Shown here: positions 21,346 through 32,769 of the stretch, piece by piece
How the letters are laid out: the number at the start of each line of letters is the position of its first letter
How positions within the stretch are numbered: position 1 is the stretch's first letter
NCBI GenBank assembly: GCA_038245785.1
Contig: JBBRSB010000019.1
Location: 22,972-86,971 of the forward strand
Reading direction: 5' to 3'
From: Gloeobacterales cyanobacterium
GTDB lineage: Bacteria; Cyanobacteriota; Cyanobacteriia; Gloeobacterales; PMM-0068
Length of the DNA stretch: 64,000 bases
Notes under the pieces: generated by a model
Database searches by the model: none
What the model saw: only the letters and a program-made list of their open reading frames with translations
What the model was told of the DNA's origin: nothing
Made by a program: the position numbers and the translations under genes

Positions 21346-22470
21346 ATGTCTAATAACTATATTTTCATCAATGACAATATTCCCTCTCATGCTACTCAAC
21401 GGGGTGTAGCACGTTGCTTTAGAGAGATCACGCAGGGTCTTATTACAGAATTCACAGAGAATGTCACTGTTTATTCACCGAAACAGGGAAACTATGGGCT
21501 GGCCAGATATGTGCAGTCTTGGCCTAACTCCGCACCCTTCCCTGGTACGGGACTCCTTGGCATTAACTCCATACTGTCTAAGTTTAATAATCATGCTGCT
21601 GCCAGCTTACTTAGGCAAAATCCTCCTGCCGTTATATATAACTCCTACTATGGGAATCTTAAATTTAAGTCTCCTCAAGTATTCACCGTATACGACATGA
21701 TGCATGAACTCTATCCGCAGTACTTTAGCCGTGCTCGGTTTGATCATCGTGAATTAATTGCACAAAAGAAAGACTGTTTTGACCGTGCAGCTGTTCTCAT
21801 GGCCATTAGTGAGAGTACCGTTAGAGATATAACTACTCACTATCCAAATCTAGATTCTACAAAAATTGTAGTGACTTCTCTGGGGGTAGATGATTTCTTT
21901 TTTCAATCTCATCCTGCTGTGCGTTATGAAGATAAGCCTTATTTTCTCTATGTCGGTAACCGCAGCGGTTATAAAAATTTCTTACGGCTACTAATAGCTT
22001 ACGGTCAGTCTAACTTAGCTAAAGATTTTGATTTGCGCGTGATTTCACCCAGAGGTAGCCAATTCAGCGCCAAAGAGCTTGAACAAATTAACAAGTATGA
22101 CCTGCACCATAGTATTTATTTAGTAACCGCAGCAAATGAAGTAGAACTACAAAAAAATTATGCTCAGGCAACGGCCTTTGTCTACCCCTCTGAATATGAA
22201 GGCTTTGGCCTGCCTATCTTAGAAGCGATGGCTAGCGGAACCCTTGTGGCCACTTCGAATACCTCATCTATGCCAGAGGTTGGTGGTGATACCGCCTTTT
22301 ACTTTGACCCGTATGATTCGCACTCAATTACTGAGTGTTTGCAGTACTTGGCAACACTTTCTAACGAAGAGCGTAACCAGCGGATAAATGATGGCCTGAC
22401 TAGGGCTCGTACTTTCACTTGGACACGATGTCAACAAAAAGTTATAGAGGTAATGTACCAGTTGCTCTAA
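21346..22470 (+). CDS. Glycosyltransferase family 4 (MtfB-like)
   Basis: TVYDM, YVGNRSGYKNF, YPSEYEGFGLPILEAMA. Confidence 0.9.
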   Translation: MSNNYIFINDNIPSHATQRGVARCFREITQGLITEFTENVTVYSPKQGNYGLARYVQSWPNSAPFPGTGLLGINSILSKFNNHAAASLLRQNPPAVIYNSYYGNLKFKSPQVFTVYDMMHELYPQYFSRARFDHRELIAQKKDCFDRAAVLMAISESTVRDITTHYPNLDSTKIVVTSLGVDDFFFQSHPAVRYEDKPYFLYVGNRSGYKNFLRLLIAYGQSNLAKDFDLRVISPRGSQFSAKELEQINKYDLHHSIYLVTAANEVELQKNYAQATAFVYPSEYEGFGLPILEAMASGTLVATSNTSSMPEVGGDTAFYFDPYDSHSITECLQYLATLSNEERNQRINDGLTRARTFTWTRCQQKVIEVMYQLL

Positions 22471-22558
22471 AATTATGTCCGGTGTAGTGAAAGGGTTCAC
22501 AAATATGGGTATGTTTTACCTAAGTTAATTCTATAATTGTCCGTGGAGCTATGTCGTT

Positions 22559-23341
22559 ATGGAGGGGGGATTGTTAGATGGTGAAACAATTAAGAAAGTT
22601 CAGCCAGATGTCCCACTAGTCAGTGTTATCACTGTAGTGCGCAATGGTGAAAAAACACTGGAACGCACTATTCAAAGTGTCATTAGTCAAGATTATAAAA
22701 ACATTGAATATATCATTATTGATGGGGCCTCAACCGACGCGACTACTCACATCATCAAAAAGTATGATAGTTCAATTAACTATTGGAGCAGTGAGCCTGA
22801 CAGAGGTATCAGCGAGGCCTTCAACAAAGGAATTAATTTGGCATCGGGCTCATGGATCAACTTTTTGAACTGTGGCGATTGCTACATCAATAGTCAAGTA
22901 ATTAGTAAAGCCAGTCAGTTTTTTACTCAAGCTCCTATAGTTACTGGATTCTCAAAATGTGGTGCCGTGAGTCTTCCTAGGGTTAAGCTGCATAATTCTA
23001 CTCCACTAAGAAGAAGAGCCAAAATCTCACATCAAGCATCCTTTGTCCATGTCGATGTTTTTAATAAAATTGGGCTTTTTGATGAGCGCTATCAGATCCG
23101 CATGGATTATGACTTTTGGCTTAGAGCCCTCAAAACCCATAGTTTCGTAATGGTAAATGATACTCTAGTTGACTATGCTCCTATCGGAATTAGCAGCATG
23201 AGTGCGTCAACAAAAATATTCTATGAAGAAGAAAAAAGAGCTAACCATGAACATCATATCGATATGGTTTCTGGAATAGACCTATATTTAAACTTCAAAT
23301 ATTATGCGGACCGAGTAAGAAGATTTGCGCTTCGGAGATGA
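22559..23341 (+). CDS. Glycosyltransferase family 2 (WfgS-like)
   Basis: VSVITVVRN, IDGASTD, SEPDRGISEAFNKG, HQA. Confidence 0.9.
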   Translation: MEGGLLDGETIKKVQPDVPLVSVITVVRNGEKTLERTIQSVISQDYKNIEYIIIDGASTDATTHIIKKYDSSINYWSSEPDRGISEAFNKGINLASGSWINFLNCGDCYINSQVISKASQFFTQAPIVTGFSKCGAVSLPRVKLHNSTPLRRRAKISHQASFVHVDVFNKIGLFDERYQIRMDYDFWLRALKTHSFVMVNDTLVDYAPIGISSMSASTKIFYEEEKRANHEHHIDMVSGIDLYLNFKYYADRVRRFALRR

Positions 23342-23449
23342 TGTTGTCCTCTGCTCGTTCTGAGCTTTTGATTTCTCAAATATCTAAACCTTAATCCATA
23401 GCGCGACCAGAGCGACCTGTGTCAGCATGGAGAGAGTACGTATTACAAA

Positions 23450-24286
23450 ATGACGATGCCTTCTATGCAAGCTACTGCGTCCCTGACAGAGAAGCTGACT
23501 CAGCTCCAGACGGTCCTGAAGAGTTTAGACCGCTGTGTGGTTGCCTATTCTGGTGGTGTGGACTCAACCCTTGTCGCCAAGGTTGCCTACGATGTTCTAG
23601 GCGAGAAGGTTTTGGCCGTAACGGCAGCATCTCCTTCTTTGATGCAGGAAGACCTGGATCAAGCGATAGACCAGGCGCAAGTGATCGGGGTTCGTCATCA
23701 AATTATCGAGACCCAGGAATTAGACAACCCCAACTACAGCAGCAACCCCGCCAATCGTTGCTATTTCTGCAAAAGTGAACTCCACGGGGCTCTGGGACCT
23801 CTAGCCCAGCGCTTGGGCTATGACCTTGTGGTAGATGGAGTCAACCTTGATGACTTGGGAGACTATCGACCAGGGCTTCAGGCAGGCAAGGAGAAAGGGG
23901 TCCTTTCTCCCCTAGCGCAGTGTGGCATCACCAAGATAGAAGTCCGTCAGCTTTCTCAACTATTGGGCTTACCTTGGTGGGACAAGCCTGCCATGCCTTG
24001 TCTTGCCTCTCGCTTTCCCTATGGCGAGGCTATTACTCAAGAAAAACTCCAACGGGTAGGAATGGCTGAACGCTACTTGCGTAACCTCGGTCAACGTCAC
24101 TTTAGAGTCCGTTCCCATGAAGATACAGCCCGCATTGAGGTCAGCCCAGACCAAATCCGTCAATTTGTCCTGGATGTAGATCTGCCAAAACTAGTCGTCG
24201 CCTTTCAAGAAGCGGGTTATCGTTACGTCACTTTGGACCTGGAAGGCTACCAATCCGGCAAGCTGAATCGAGTTCTAGGACTCTGA
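23450..24286 (+). CDS. larE: ATP-dependent sacrificial sulfur transferase LarE
   Basis: AYSGGVDS, RCYFCK, DYRPG, PCLASRFPYG, VRSH. Confidence 0.92.
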   Translation: MTMPSMQATASLTEKLTQLQTVLKSLDRCVVAYSGGVDSTLVAKVAYDVLGEKVLAVTAASPSLMQEDLDQAIDQAQVIGVRHQIIETQELDNPNYSSNPANRCYFCKSELHGALGPLAQRLGYDLVVDGVNLDDLGDYRPGLQAGKEKGVLSPLAQCGITKIEVRQLSQLLGLPWWDKPAMPCLASRFPYGEAITQEKLQRVGMAERYLRNLGQRHFRVRSHEDTARIEVSPDQIRQFVLDVDLPKLVVAFQEAGYRYVTLDLEGYQSGKLNRVLGL

Positions 24287-24288
24287 AC

Positions 24289-24831
24289 CTACCCAGGGCT
24301 AGGTGCTTCGAAACAAGGGAGGGTGAACAGCTTTTGGTTTTTACTCTTGCGCGTAGTCCGTAAGAGGTCTGCAAACGTGGCTAAAATCGGCTGGGAAGGA
24401 GAATCTTCCGGAACGGTCTGGAGATAATCCTGGAGTTCCAACTCGATGTGCCGGAGGTCAGCTCCCTGCTGGAGTGCCATCAGTCTCATGCCATCGCTAA
24501 GAGGAATCCAAACTAGCCCGGTGAGCGGAGGGAGTAGGTCTTTACTGCCTAAGACGATGACTTTGCCATCCTCAAGAGTGAGAAACTGGAGGGTCTCGGG
24601 AGAGTTGCTTATGGGCAAAGAGCCTTCGACCGAGCTACTTTCGCCGTTGGTTGCTCCCGCTAACTTCACTACCGCTCTGCCTAGGTCATCATCGACCGCT
24701 TTGAGCAAGGCTACGGTTTCAAGAGGAAGGGTCAAGAAAAAATTATGGGTCGGACCCTCAAATTTGCGAGGGCGCCCACTCTTCTTGTGGTCTTTAGCAA
24801 CCCGGTCTTGAGCTTTTTCTTTTTTAGCCAC
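24289..24831 (-). CDS. Hypothetical protein with GRPRKF / ribbon-helix-helix-like N-terminus
   Basis: ORF track gives 24289-24900; the GTG at 24831 is a likelier start. Confidence 0.6.
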   Translation of the reverse strand: MAKKEKAQDRVAKDHKKSGRPRKFEGPTHNFFLTLPLETVALLKAVDDDLGRAVVKLAGATNGESSSVEGSLPISNSPETLQFLTLEDGKVIVLGSKDLLPPLTGLVWIPLSDGMRLMALQQGADLRHIELELQDYLQTVPEDSPSQPILATFADLLRTTRKSKNQKLFTLPCFEAPSPG

Positions 24832-25004
24832 GAGAGAATAACTGAATCTTGCCAAGAGTATTGCACGTCGCAAGAGAGATTTAGAACACATTGCATACAA
24901 AGTTTTCCACAGAAGCCCTGATCTAAAACTGATACAAAAACTGGTAAGTCAGCGTAGGCTGGAGACAGCTACCTAATATTTCCCTGTGCTTGAGGAATGA
25001 TCCC

Positions 25005-26312
25005 GTGACTACTGCTTTGACTACCACGTTTCCAGGTCTCGTGCGCTATTTGGACAATGGGGTGACCCTGATTGTTCGGACGGTGCCCACTTCCCAGGTG
25101 GTCACCGCTGACCTTTGGATTCGTTCTGGAGCACGGACCGAAGTTCCTGAGCAGTCCGGGATGTCTCACTTCCTGGAGCATATGATTTTCAAAGGGACGA
25201 GCCGGATCGCTCCCGGAGAATTTGACCGCCGCATTGAAGGACGGGGGGGCGTGACCAACGCTGCTACCAGCCAGGATTACACGCACTATTACATCACGGT
25301 AGCCCAGCGGGATTACGCAGAAGCCTTACCCTTACTCGCGGACTTAGTGTGCAACGCTCGGATTCCAGAGAATGAATTTGAACAGGAACGCCTGGTCGTC
25401 TTAGAAGAAATTCGCCGCTCTCAAGACAATCCAGACCGTACCGCCTATGACCTTTTAACCACGAATAGCTATAAAGACCATCCTTACGCTAGACCTGTCT
25501 TGGGTTATCCAGAGACGCTGATGAATATGACCCCAGAAACGATGCGTCAATTCCATCGCTCTCGCTATCAGCCGGGATCTTTGACCGTGGTGCTTGTCGG
25601 TGGCTTACCAGAGCGAGAACTTTTGGAAGTGGCAGAACCGCTTTTTGCTCAGCTGCCCGTGAATAAAGAGGAAGCAGCACACGCACAGGTCGCTCCAGTT
25701 CTTCCGCTAACTCAGGCAAGACGGATTGAACAGCCCCAAGCCCGGATTGAGAATAGCCGCTTGCTGATGGGATTTTTAGGCCCTTCGGCCGCTCAACCCG
25801 ATGACATCCTGGCGTTAGAAGTGATTTCGGTGATTCTGACAGAAGGCCGCACCGCGCGTCTTACGAGAGAATTACGGGAAGAGAAAGGATGGGTCCGCTA
25901 TATCGGCAGCTACTGTGGATTTAGCCATGACCCAGGGCTGTTTACCTTCAGTGCTCAACTGGACAAGCAGTATTTAGAGTCTGTAGAAGAAGCAATTTAT
26001 CACCAGATTGAACAAATCCAGCAGGGTGCCTTTAGCGAGGAAGAGCTACAGCGAGCCAAGCGTATGCTCCTCAATGATTTTACCTTTGGGACTGAGACCC
26101 CTTCGCAGCTAGCATCGCTCTATGGTTACTACCAGACCGTTGCTCAATTAGATTTGGCATTGCTCTATCCTCAGCAGCTTAAAGACCTGGATGCTGAAGC
26201 GCTCGCTCAGGTTGCCAAGAAGTACTTAGACCGGAACAAAGCGGTCGTTATTGCCCTTCATCCCGAAGAAGCTCAACCTGAAGAAGTCAAGGAGCACGTT
26301 GAACATGCATAA
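25005..26312 (+). CDS. M16B zinc peptidase, active subunit
   Basis: HFLEH inverted zincin motif, NAATS.D.T.Y. Confidence 0.92.
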   Translation: MTTALTTTFPGLVRYLDNGVTLIVRTVPTSQVVTADLWIRSGARTEVPEQSGMSHFLEHMIFKGTSRIAPGEFDRRIEGRGGVTNAATSQDYTHYYITVAQRDYAEALPLLADLVCNARIPENEFEQERLVVLEEIRRSQDNPDRTAYDLLTTNSYKDHPYARPVLGYPETLMNMTPETMRQFHRSRYQPGSLTVVLVGGLPERELLEVAEPLFAQLPVNKEEAAHAQVAPVLPLTQARRIEQPQARIENSRLLMGFLGPSAAQPDDILALEVISVILTEGRTARLTRELREEKGWVRYIGSYCGFSHDPGLFTFSAQLDKQYLESVEEAIYHQIEQIQQGAFSEEELQRAKRMLLNDFTFGTETPSQLASLYGYYQTVAQLDLALLYPQQLKDLDAEALAQVAKKYLDRNKAVVIALHPEEAQPEEVKEHVEHA

Positions 26313-27546
26313 AGGATTTTCCCGACGGACGCTGGAGGGCGGGAGCCAGTTGCTCTTTACCGAGAACCTAGGAACCCCAATTATTTCTACTCGCTTCTTG
26401 TTTCCCAGCAAGATAGGGGCTCCAGGATTGGCCCATCTGACGGCCTCTGTCTTGACCAAAGGGACCCAGCGCCACAGCTCCCAAGAGATAGCAGGACTGG
26501 TAGAAAACGCGGGTGCCCAATTGGGTTTTGAAACAGCTACAGATTATCTCTTGCTGGGTCTGAAGTGCCTGGCCGAAGATTTCAAAGCACTTTTTGCGCT
26601 CTGTTTGGAAATTCTGACAGAAGCTAACTTCCCGGAAGACCAAGTGAATCTAGAAAGGAATGTCACGCTCCAGGGAATTCGGGCTCAACGGGAACGGGCT
26701 TTCTCCGTGGCCTATTCGCAGTTTAGAGAAAATCTCTATGGCCCTCATCATCCCTATGGTTATTCGACCTTAGGCACTGAAGAAACCGTATCGGCTTTTC
26801 AAGTACAAGATTTGGCCGCCTATCATCAAAGCGCCTTTAACCCTGACCGGATGGTTCTATCGCTTTGTGGTGGGGTGAGTGATGAATTGAAAGACTTTGT
26901 GGAAGAGCAGGTGAAGAGCCTGCCTGCGAGGGCTTCTGACAGCGTGAGTGATACCGTGCCTGCACCTGAGCCCACGGGTAGCCATAGAATTGTTACCCAT
27001 CAGAAAACAGAACAGACGACAGTCCTTTTGGGCTACGCTGCCTGTGGTATTCATCACCTTGACTATCCTGCGCTCAAAGTTTTAAATACTTATCTCGGCA
27101 GTGGTCTTTCCAGTCGTCTTTTCGTTGAACTACGGGAGAAAAGAGGATTGGCCTACGAAGTTTCTTCGTTCTTCCCGACCTACCGTAACCATGCTCATTT
27201 TGGAGCCTACATCGGCACGGCTCCACAAAATGTCCCCACCGCAGAAGAAGGACTCCGTCGCGAACTTGAACAAATCCGTGAAATTCCATTGACAGACGAA
27301 GCTCTACAGGCGGCAAAGAATAAAACCCTTGGGCAGTATGCTTTAGGCAAGCAAACGAATAGTCAGATTGCTCAACTTCTAGGTTGGTACGAAATTTTAG
27401 GCGTTGGTGCGGACCATGATGAACGCTATCCTACCTTGATCGAACAGGTCACAGCTGAAGATGTGAAACGAGTTGGACAGACCTACTTCACAGAGCCTGT
27501 GGTTTCTTTAGTCGGGCCTGTGGAAGAGAATGAAATCAACGATTGA
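26305..27546 (+). CDS. M16B peptidase partner subunit (no HXXEH)
   Basis: GLAHLTASVLTKGT, SSRLFVELREKRGLAY; overlaps the upstream paralog. Confidence 0.9.
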   Translation: MHKGFSRRTLEGGSQLLFTENLGTPIISTRFLFPSKIGAPGLAHLTASVLTKGTQRHSSQEIAGLVENAGAQLGFETATDYLLLGLKCLAEDFKALFALCLEILTEANFPEDQVNLERNVTLQGIRAQRERAFSVAYSQFRENLYGPHHPYGYSTLGTEETVSAFQVQDLAAYHQSAFNPDRMVLSLCGGVSDELKDFVEEQVKSLPARASDSVSDTVPAPEPTGSHRIVTHQKTEQTTVLLGYAACGIHHLDYPALKVLNTYLGSGLSSRLFVELREKRGLAYEVSSFFPTYRNHAHFGAYIGTAPQNVPTAEEGLRRELEQIREIPLTDEALQAAKNKTLGQYALGKQTNSQIAQLLGWYEILGVGADHDERYPTLIEQVTAEDVKRVGQTYFTEPVVSLVGPVEENEIND

Positions 27547-27646
27547 TCGCTTGGAGTGATCCGGAATTAATGGAACTTCAAGGTGAGCACAGAACATAGA
27601 ATTATTTTTGTTAGAACGATTTACCGTGAATTCTGTGAGTAAAAAG

Positions 27647-27853
27647 ATGAGACATGTGATTCTTTATCCAGATCAAGATAGCTGGTGGGTAGTGGAATGT
27701 CCAAGCCTACCGGGTTGTGTGAGTCAAGGTAAGACCAAAGAGGAGGCACTTACTAACATCAAAGAAGCAATTCAACTTTATATCGAAGTTTTGGAAGAAG
27801 ACGGACTCCCCGTTCCTGAGGACCGTGTTGAATCTGTTTTAGTAGAAGCGTGA
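27647..27853 (+). CDS. hicB: HicB family antitoxin
   Basis: CPSLPGCVSQGKTKEEALTNIKEAI. Confidence 0.92.
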   Translation: MRHVILYPDQDSWWVVECPSLPGCVSQGKTKEEALTNIKEAIQLYIEVLEEDGLPVPEDRVESVLVEA

Positions 27854-28071
27854 GTAAACTGCCTGTAGTCTCTGGACAGGAGTGTGTCAGAGCTTTGATC
27901 AACGTGGGTTTTGTCGTGAGGCGACAAACTGGAAGTCACATCATTCTGCAACGGAAAGAACCCTTTGCTCAGGTCGTTGTTCCCAATCATCGGGAGATAG
28001 CTCCAGGAACGTTACGAGCCATTATTCGGCAGGTTAATCTCTCTGTAGAAGAGTTTATCAACTTGCTATGA
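27850..28071 (+). CDS. hicA: HicA family toxin
   Basis: GF...RQTGSH, VVVPNH, GTLRAIIRQ; GTGA overlap with hicB. Confidence 0.92.
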   Translation: MSKLPVVSGQECVRALINVGFVVRRQTGSHIILQRKEPFAQVVVPNHREIAPGTLRAIIRQVNLSVEEFINLL

Positions 28072-28146
28072 CTTGGAACTATTCTGCATTAAGGTCAATT
28101 CCTGAGGCTCTCAAGCGTCCTGCTCTTTCTCAACTGCTTTACCTAT

Positions 28147-28389
28147 TTAAGTAGTCTCTTCATGTCGTTCAGCGATTAACTCATCGGCCAAACTGATCTC
28201 TGAAGCAATCTCGGCGAAGTGCTCTTGGAGAAGTTTTAAGATATGTCTTCGGGTTTCCAGCACTAAGCGCCCATCCTCTACATAAGCAATAAGAGTTTCT
28301 CCCTCTCGTAATCCCAAGGTGCGTCTCATCCTAGAAGGAATAACCACCCTTCCTTGTGACCCTAATCTCACTTTGATTTGATTAGCCAT
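28147..28389 (-). CDS. AbrB/MazE/SpoVT DNA-binding protein (orphan antitoxin)
   Basis: GSQGRVVIPSRMRRTLGLREGE, SLADELIAER. Confidence 0.85.
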   Translation of the reverse strand: MANQIKVRLGSQGRVVIPSRMRRTLGLREGETLIAYVEDGRLVLETRRHILKLLQEHFAEIASEISLADELIAERHEETT

Positions 28390-28409
28390 AATTCTTTATT
28401 TAGTGAGTA

Positions 28410-31400
28410 CTAAGCGCTAAAGTACCGTGCTTCAGGGTGGTAGATCACCAAGGCAGTTGTGGATTGCTCTGGATGTAGTTGTAAGCTTTCATCCATCACT
28501 AATCCAATCGCTTCCTCTGCTTGCAGGAGTTCTAGTTGCTTGGCTTGGTCTTCCAGGTCAGGACAGGCTGGGTAGCCAAAAGAGTAGCGAGAGCCTTGAT
28601 AACCCTGATTAATCAGGCGGCGCATATCAGGACTATCCTTGTCGCCAATGCCTAATCCCTGACGAATACGGGCATGGGTCCAGTCAGCCACGGCTTCTGC
28701 CGTTTGTACCGATAGGCCGTAGTAGTAAAGGTAATCGCTGTAGTTGTCAGCCTTGAAGAGTTTCTGAGCGTATTCCGTAGCGACATTGCCAACGGTCACG
28801 GCTTGCATCGGGAATACATCTAAGTGCTCAGAGCCTACGGGCAAGAAGAAATCGCTGAGACACTGGTGGTCTTCTCCAGCTTGACGCGGAAACTCGAAGC
28901 TCTGGGCAATCACCAAGTCGCTGGGACTGCCTGTTTCTTGGAAATGGGCCGCAGAATCCAGGGTGTAGATATGTACGCTATTCTCTTCTGCCCAGCAAGG
29001 GAAGTAGCCATAAACCACTTGCGGATTAAGCGCTTGATCTCGGATAATTTGCGCTTTCCATTTTTCTAGAATCGGATACATCTTCTCTTTGACCAAGGCT
29101 TCATACTCTTCTCGGTTCTGCTCCTTGGTTTTGCGGAACTGCCATTGACCAGCTACCAGGGCATTGAGGTCGAGATAATGGAATACCTCTTCCAGGTCAA
29201 TATCCTTAAGCACCTTAGTACCCCAGAAGGGCGGCTGCGGACGAGGAACATCTAAAGAAACACTTTGACGGACCTTGGCAACTTTGGGGCGAGCCAGAGA
29301 TTTGACCGATTGCAGGGTATGGTCCGTCTCGGACGCAGATGCTGCTGTGTGCTCGACAGATCCATTGCCTGCTATCAGGTGAGCAAACTCTGGATTAACA
29401 GCATCAGTTAGAAATCCTTCCGTATTCGTCCAGGTGTCCTTATGTTTGTTTTCCATCAAGGCATCGAGAAAGTTCAAGTCCGTAAAGGCATCCCGGCCAT
29501 AGATAACCTTGCCTTTATAGACCTGTTGACAGTCTTTCTCGACGAACTTGCGAGTGAGGGCTGCTCCACCAAGGATGACCGGAACCTCAATTCCCTTTTC
29601 GTTGAAGGTTGCCAGATTCTCTTTCATGAAGGCGGTGGACTTGACCAACAGCCCAGACATAGCAATACAGTCAGCCTGGTACTTTTCCTGGGCTTCTAAA
29701 ATGGCATCGACGGATTGTTTGATCCCAATGTTGTAGACCGTGTAGCCATTATTGGTCAGGATAATATCGACTAAGTTCTTACCAATATCATGGACATCAC
29801 CCTTAACCGTAGCAATTAGAACCTTGCCTTTCGTAGAGCCGTCTTTCTTCTCCATGAACTGTTCAAGGAAAGCCACCGCTGATTTCATCGTTTCCGCTGA
29901 TTGCAGGACGAAAGGTAGCTGCATCTGACCGGAAGCAAACTGTTCACCTACTACTTTCATGCCATCGAGCAGATGTTCATTGATGATCGCCAGGGGAGAA
30001 TATTTTTTCAGCGCTTCTTTAAGCTTATCTTCTAAGCCAATGCGCTCTCCCTCAATAATGTGACGACGTAGATGCTCCTCTAGGGTTAAGTTCTGAATGT
30101 CCTCCTTAGATTGCTTGGTCGTAACGCCCATAAACAATTCTGTAAATACGGTCAGGGGATCATAGACACAGATATCACCTTCAAATTTGCGTTCATCGAA
30201 GATTAGATGCCTGGCAACTTCCTGGTGATGCTCATCAATACGAGCCATCGGTAAAATCTTGCTGGCACTAACAATGGCCGAATCTAACCCTGCTTCTCTC
30301 GCTAAGTGCAAGAAGACAGAATTTAGAACCACCCGCGCCGCAGGATTCAAACCAAACGATATATTAGAAACGCCAATCGTTATACGGCAACCAGGCAGTT
30401 CTTCTTTTATTCGTTTGATCGCTTTTAGGGACTCTAAAGCATTGTGACGGTCTTCTTCAATTCCTGTGGAAATTGGCAAAGCAAGGGGGTCAAAAAAGAT
30501 CTCATAGGCTGGGATCCCAGATTCGACCGCTTGACGATAGGCCCGTTGGGCAATGGCAAACTTCTTATCCGCTGCACGGGCCATTCCTTCCTCATCGATG
30601 GTCCCGACAACCACGCCCGCTCCATAGATCTTGGCAAGATCTAAGACTTTGAGGAAGCGAGGTTCTCCATCTTCGTAGTTGGTAGAATTCAGCAAACACT
30701 TGCCCCCTGCTACTTTCAGGCCCGCTTCCATCTTTTGCCATTCCGTAGAATCGAGCATCAGAGGAATCGTGACATTGGTGACGAGACGAGATACCAGTTC
30801 ATGCATATCCTTCTCGCCATCCCGGCCCACGTAGTCTACGTTGACGTCTAAGACATGGCAGCCTTCACGCACTTGAGCACGAGCCAGGGAAACTAAGCCA
30901 TCCCAATCTTCCGCGTTCAACAAGTCCCGACATTTTTTAGAACCACTGGCATTCACCCGTTCGCCGATGATCAGGAAAGAATTGTCTTGGTCATAGGGCT
31001 GTGTGCTGTAGATAGAGGAAGCGGAAGGAACGACATGGATAGGCCGGGGCTTAGGCGTATAGTCTTGGACAATCTCCACTAAAGCTTGGATATGGTCAGG
31101 ACGAGTGCCACAGCAACCGCCAACTACAGTTACTCCCAAGTCTTCTACGAAGTGCTTGAGGTGGTTTTGCATTTCCTGAGGCGTCAGATGATAGTGGGCA
31201 TGGCCGCCAACATTTTCTGGAATTCCCGCGTTCGGAATGCAGGAGATCGCAAACCGAGAATTTTCTGAGAGGTAACGGATGTGCTCCGTCATTTTGTCTG
31301 GACCGGTCGCACAGTTGAGACCAAGCACATCAATCGGAAATGGTTCGAGGATAGTTAAGACGGCCCCAATTTCTGAACCGACCAGCATCGTGCCCTGAAT

Positions 31401-31985
31401 TTCCATCGTTACCGAAACAATGACAGGTAAGCGGATGCCTTTTTCTTGGAAAACTTCTTCAGTCGCTCCCAGCGCGGCCTTGATTTGCAGCACGTCCTGA
31501 CACGTCTCAATCATCACAATATCAATGCCACCCTCCACCAGGCCGTGAATTTGCTCGGCATAGGAGGCTTTCATGTCGTCGTAGTGGATATGACCAAGGG
31601 TCGGCAACTTGGTCGTAGGGCCAATAGAACCAGCAACAAAGCGCGGCTTTTCAGACGTACTGTAGCGAGCAGCGACTTTTTTGGCAAGCTGGGCCGCTTT
31701 CACGTTTAGTTCATAGGCTAAATGGGCAATATCGTACTCAGCCAAGACAATGGAACTAGACCCAAAGGTATCAGTTTCGATAACATCGGCTCCTGCTTCC
31801 AAAAAGTTGCTATGCACTTTCTCAATTGCTTCAGGCTTAGAAAGCACCAGATATTCATTGCAGCCTTCTAGAGAGGGGCCTCCAAAATCCTCTGCCGTCA
31901 GATTCATCGTCTGGATAGAAGTACCCATCGCCCCGTCAAAGACAAGGACTCGATTTTTTAGGAGGTCTAGAAAGGAAGAGGACAT
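28410..31985 (-). CDS. metH: B12-dependent methionine synthase
   Basis: [37 protein letters not shown]. Confidence 0.97.
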   Translation of the reverse strand: MSSSFLDLLKNRVLVFDGAMGTSIQTMNLTAEDFGGPSLEGCNEYLVLSKPEAIEKVHSNFLEAGADVIETDTFGSSSIVLAEYDIAHLAYELNVKAAQLAKKVAARYSTSEKPRFVAGSIGPTTKLPTLGHIHYDDMKASYAEQIHGLVEGGIDIVMIETCQDVLQIKAALGATEEVFQEKGIRLPVIVSVTMEIQGTMLVGSEIGAVLTILEPFPIDVLGLNCATGPDKMTEHIRYLSENSRFAISCIPNAGIPENVGGHAHYHLTPQEMQNHLKHFVEDLGVTVVGGCCGTRPDHIQALVEIVQDYTPKPRPIHVVPSASSIYSTQPYDQDNSFLIIGERVNASGSKKCRDLLNAEDWDGLVSLARAQVREGCHVLDVNVDYVGRDGEKDMHELVSRLVTNVTIPLMLDSTEWQKMEAGLKVAGGKCLLNSTNYEDGEPRFLKVLDLAKIYGAGVVVGTIDEEGMARAADKKFAIAQRAYRQAVESGIPAYEIFFDPLALPISTGIEEDRHNALESLKAIKRIKEELPGCRITIGVSNISFGLNPAARVVLNSVFLHLAREAGLDSAIVSASKILPMARIDEHHQEVARHLIFDERKFEGDICVYDPLTVFTELFMGVTTKQSKEDIQNLTLEEHLRRHIIEGERIGLEDKLKEALKKYSPLAIINEHLLDGMKVVGEQFASGQMQLPFVLQSAETMKSAVAFLEQFMEKKDGSTKGKVLIATVKGDVHDIGKNLVDIILTNNGYTVYNIGIKQSVDAILEAQEKYQADCIAMSGLLVKSTAFMKENLATFNEKGIEVPVILGGAALTRKFVEKDCQQVYKGKVIYGRDAFTDLNFLDALMENKHKDTWTNTEGFLTDAVNPEFAHLIAGNGSVEHTAASASETDHTLQSVKSLARPKVAKVRQSVSLDVPRPQPPFWGTKVLKDIDLEEVFHYLDLNALVAGQWQFRKTKEQNREEYEALVKEKMYPILEKWKAQIIRDQALNPQVVYGYFPCWAEENSVHIYTLDSAAHFQETGSPSDLVIAQSFEFPRQAGEDHQCLSDFFLPVGSEHLDVFPMQAVTVGNVATEYAQKLFKADNYSDYLYYYGLSVQTAEAVADWTHARIRQGLGIGDKDSPDMRRLINQGYQGSRYSFGYPACPDLEDQAKQLELLQAEEAIGLVMDESLQLHPEQSTTALVIYHPEARYFSA

Positions 31986-32143
31986 TTATAGAACAATCCC
32001 TTGGAACATTTGTTTACTTTAATTTACGTTGAATTCCTTTTCACATGTATACATCGGAGTTCAATATCAGCAAAGTAGTTTGCTCGGACCCTAGTACATG
32101 GACAGAATTCGCTAAAATAGTTCGGGCTATACCTAACATTTTA

Positions 32144-32581
32144 ATGAAACAAATCACCCTTAAGCGCAGTATCAACGTAAAAGCTGTAGTAACCCCTCGT
32201 CTGCAAGAAGAGGCCAATGCTCAGTTACAGCAGGGCTTAGCGCAGCTCGATAATCAAATCCAACAGCTAGAATTTCAGGGCAGACGGGCGATTAGCGATA
32301 TTGAGCGCACGTCCGTGAAACCCCCAGGCCCTGAAGTCCAGCAGCAGATTGCCAGTATTCGCAACCAGGTAGAGCAGCAAAAGTCTGAAATGTTGGCCCA
32401 GAAAAACCAGTTATTGCAGCAGATGAATCAAGTGGCTACCTGGGAGATGGGACAGGAGATTGTCCAAGGCCAAATCGAGAGCTCCTTCAAGGTTCAAGAA
32501 GGAGATAACTTGGTAAACCGAATGAATGTGGAAATTTTGCTAAATGACGGCGTAATCAAGGAAATACGCGGAGAAGTTTAG
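32144..32581 (+). CDS. YlqD family protein
   Basis: LKRSINVKAVVTP, coiled coil, GDNL...VEILL.DGVI.EIRG. Confidence 0.85.
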   Translation: MKQITLKRSINVKAVVTPRLQEEANAQLQQGLAQLDNQIQQLEFQGRRAISDIERTSVKPPGPEVQQQIASIRNQVEQQKSEMLAQKNQLLQQMNQVATWEMGQEIVQGQIESSFKVQEGDNLVNRMNVEILLNDGVIKEIRGEV

Positions 32582-32712
32582 TTTAAACATCCAAAAGTCT
32601 TGTGGATATGTGATCCCCTCCCTAGGGCATATGATTTTCTAGGCCAGATGAGGGTACTTTTAGTGTGGTGTGACACAGACATTACGCCCTCTCTGGTGCT
32701 TCAATAGTTAAA

Positions 32713-32742
32713 TTGACATCAAGAGTAACAATTTGTTAAGAT
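32713..32742 (+). promoter_or_regulatory. Sigma70 promoter with an overlapping HLR1-like repeat
   Basis: TTGACA-18 nt-TAAGAT with a TG extension; GTAACAAT-tt-GTTAAGAT overlaps the -10. Confidence 0.6.
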
Positions 32743-32769
32743 TCTGAGTAACGAATAAAATTAAAAAGA

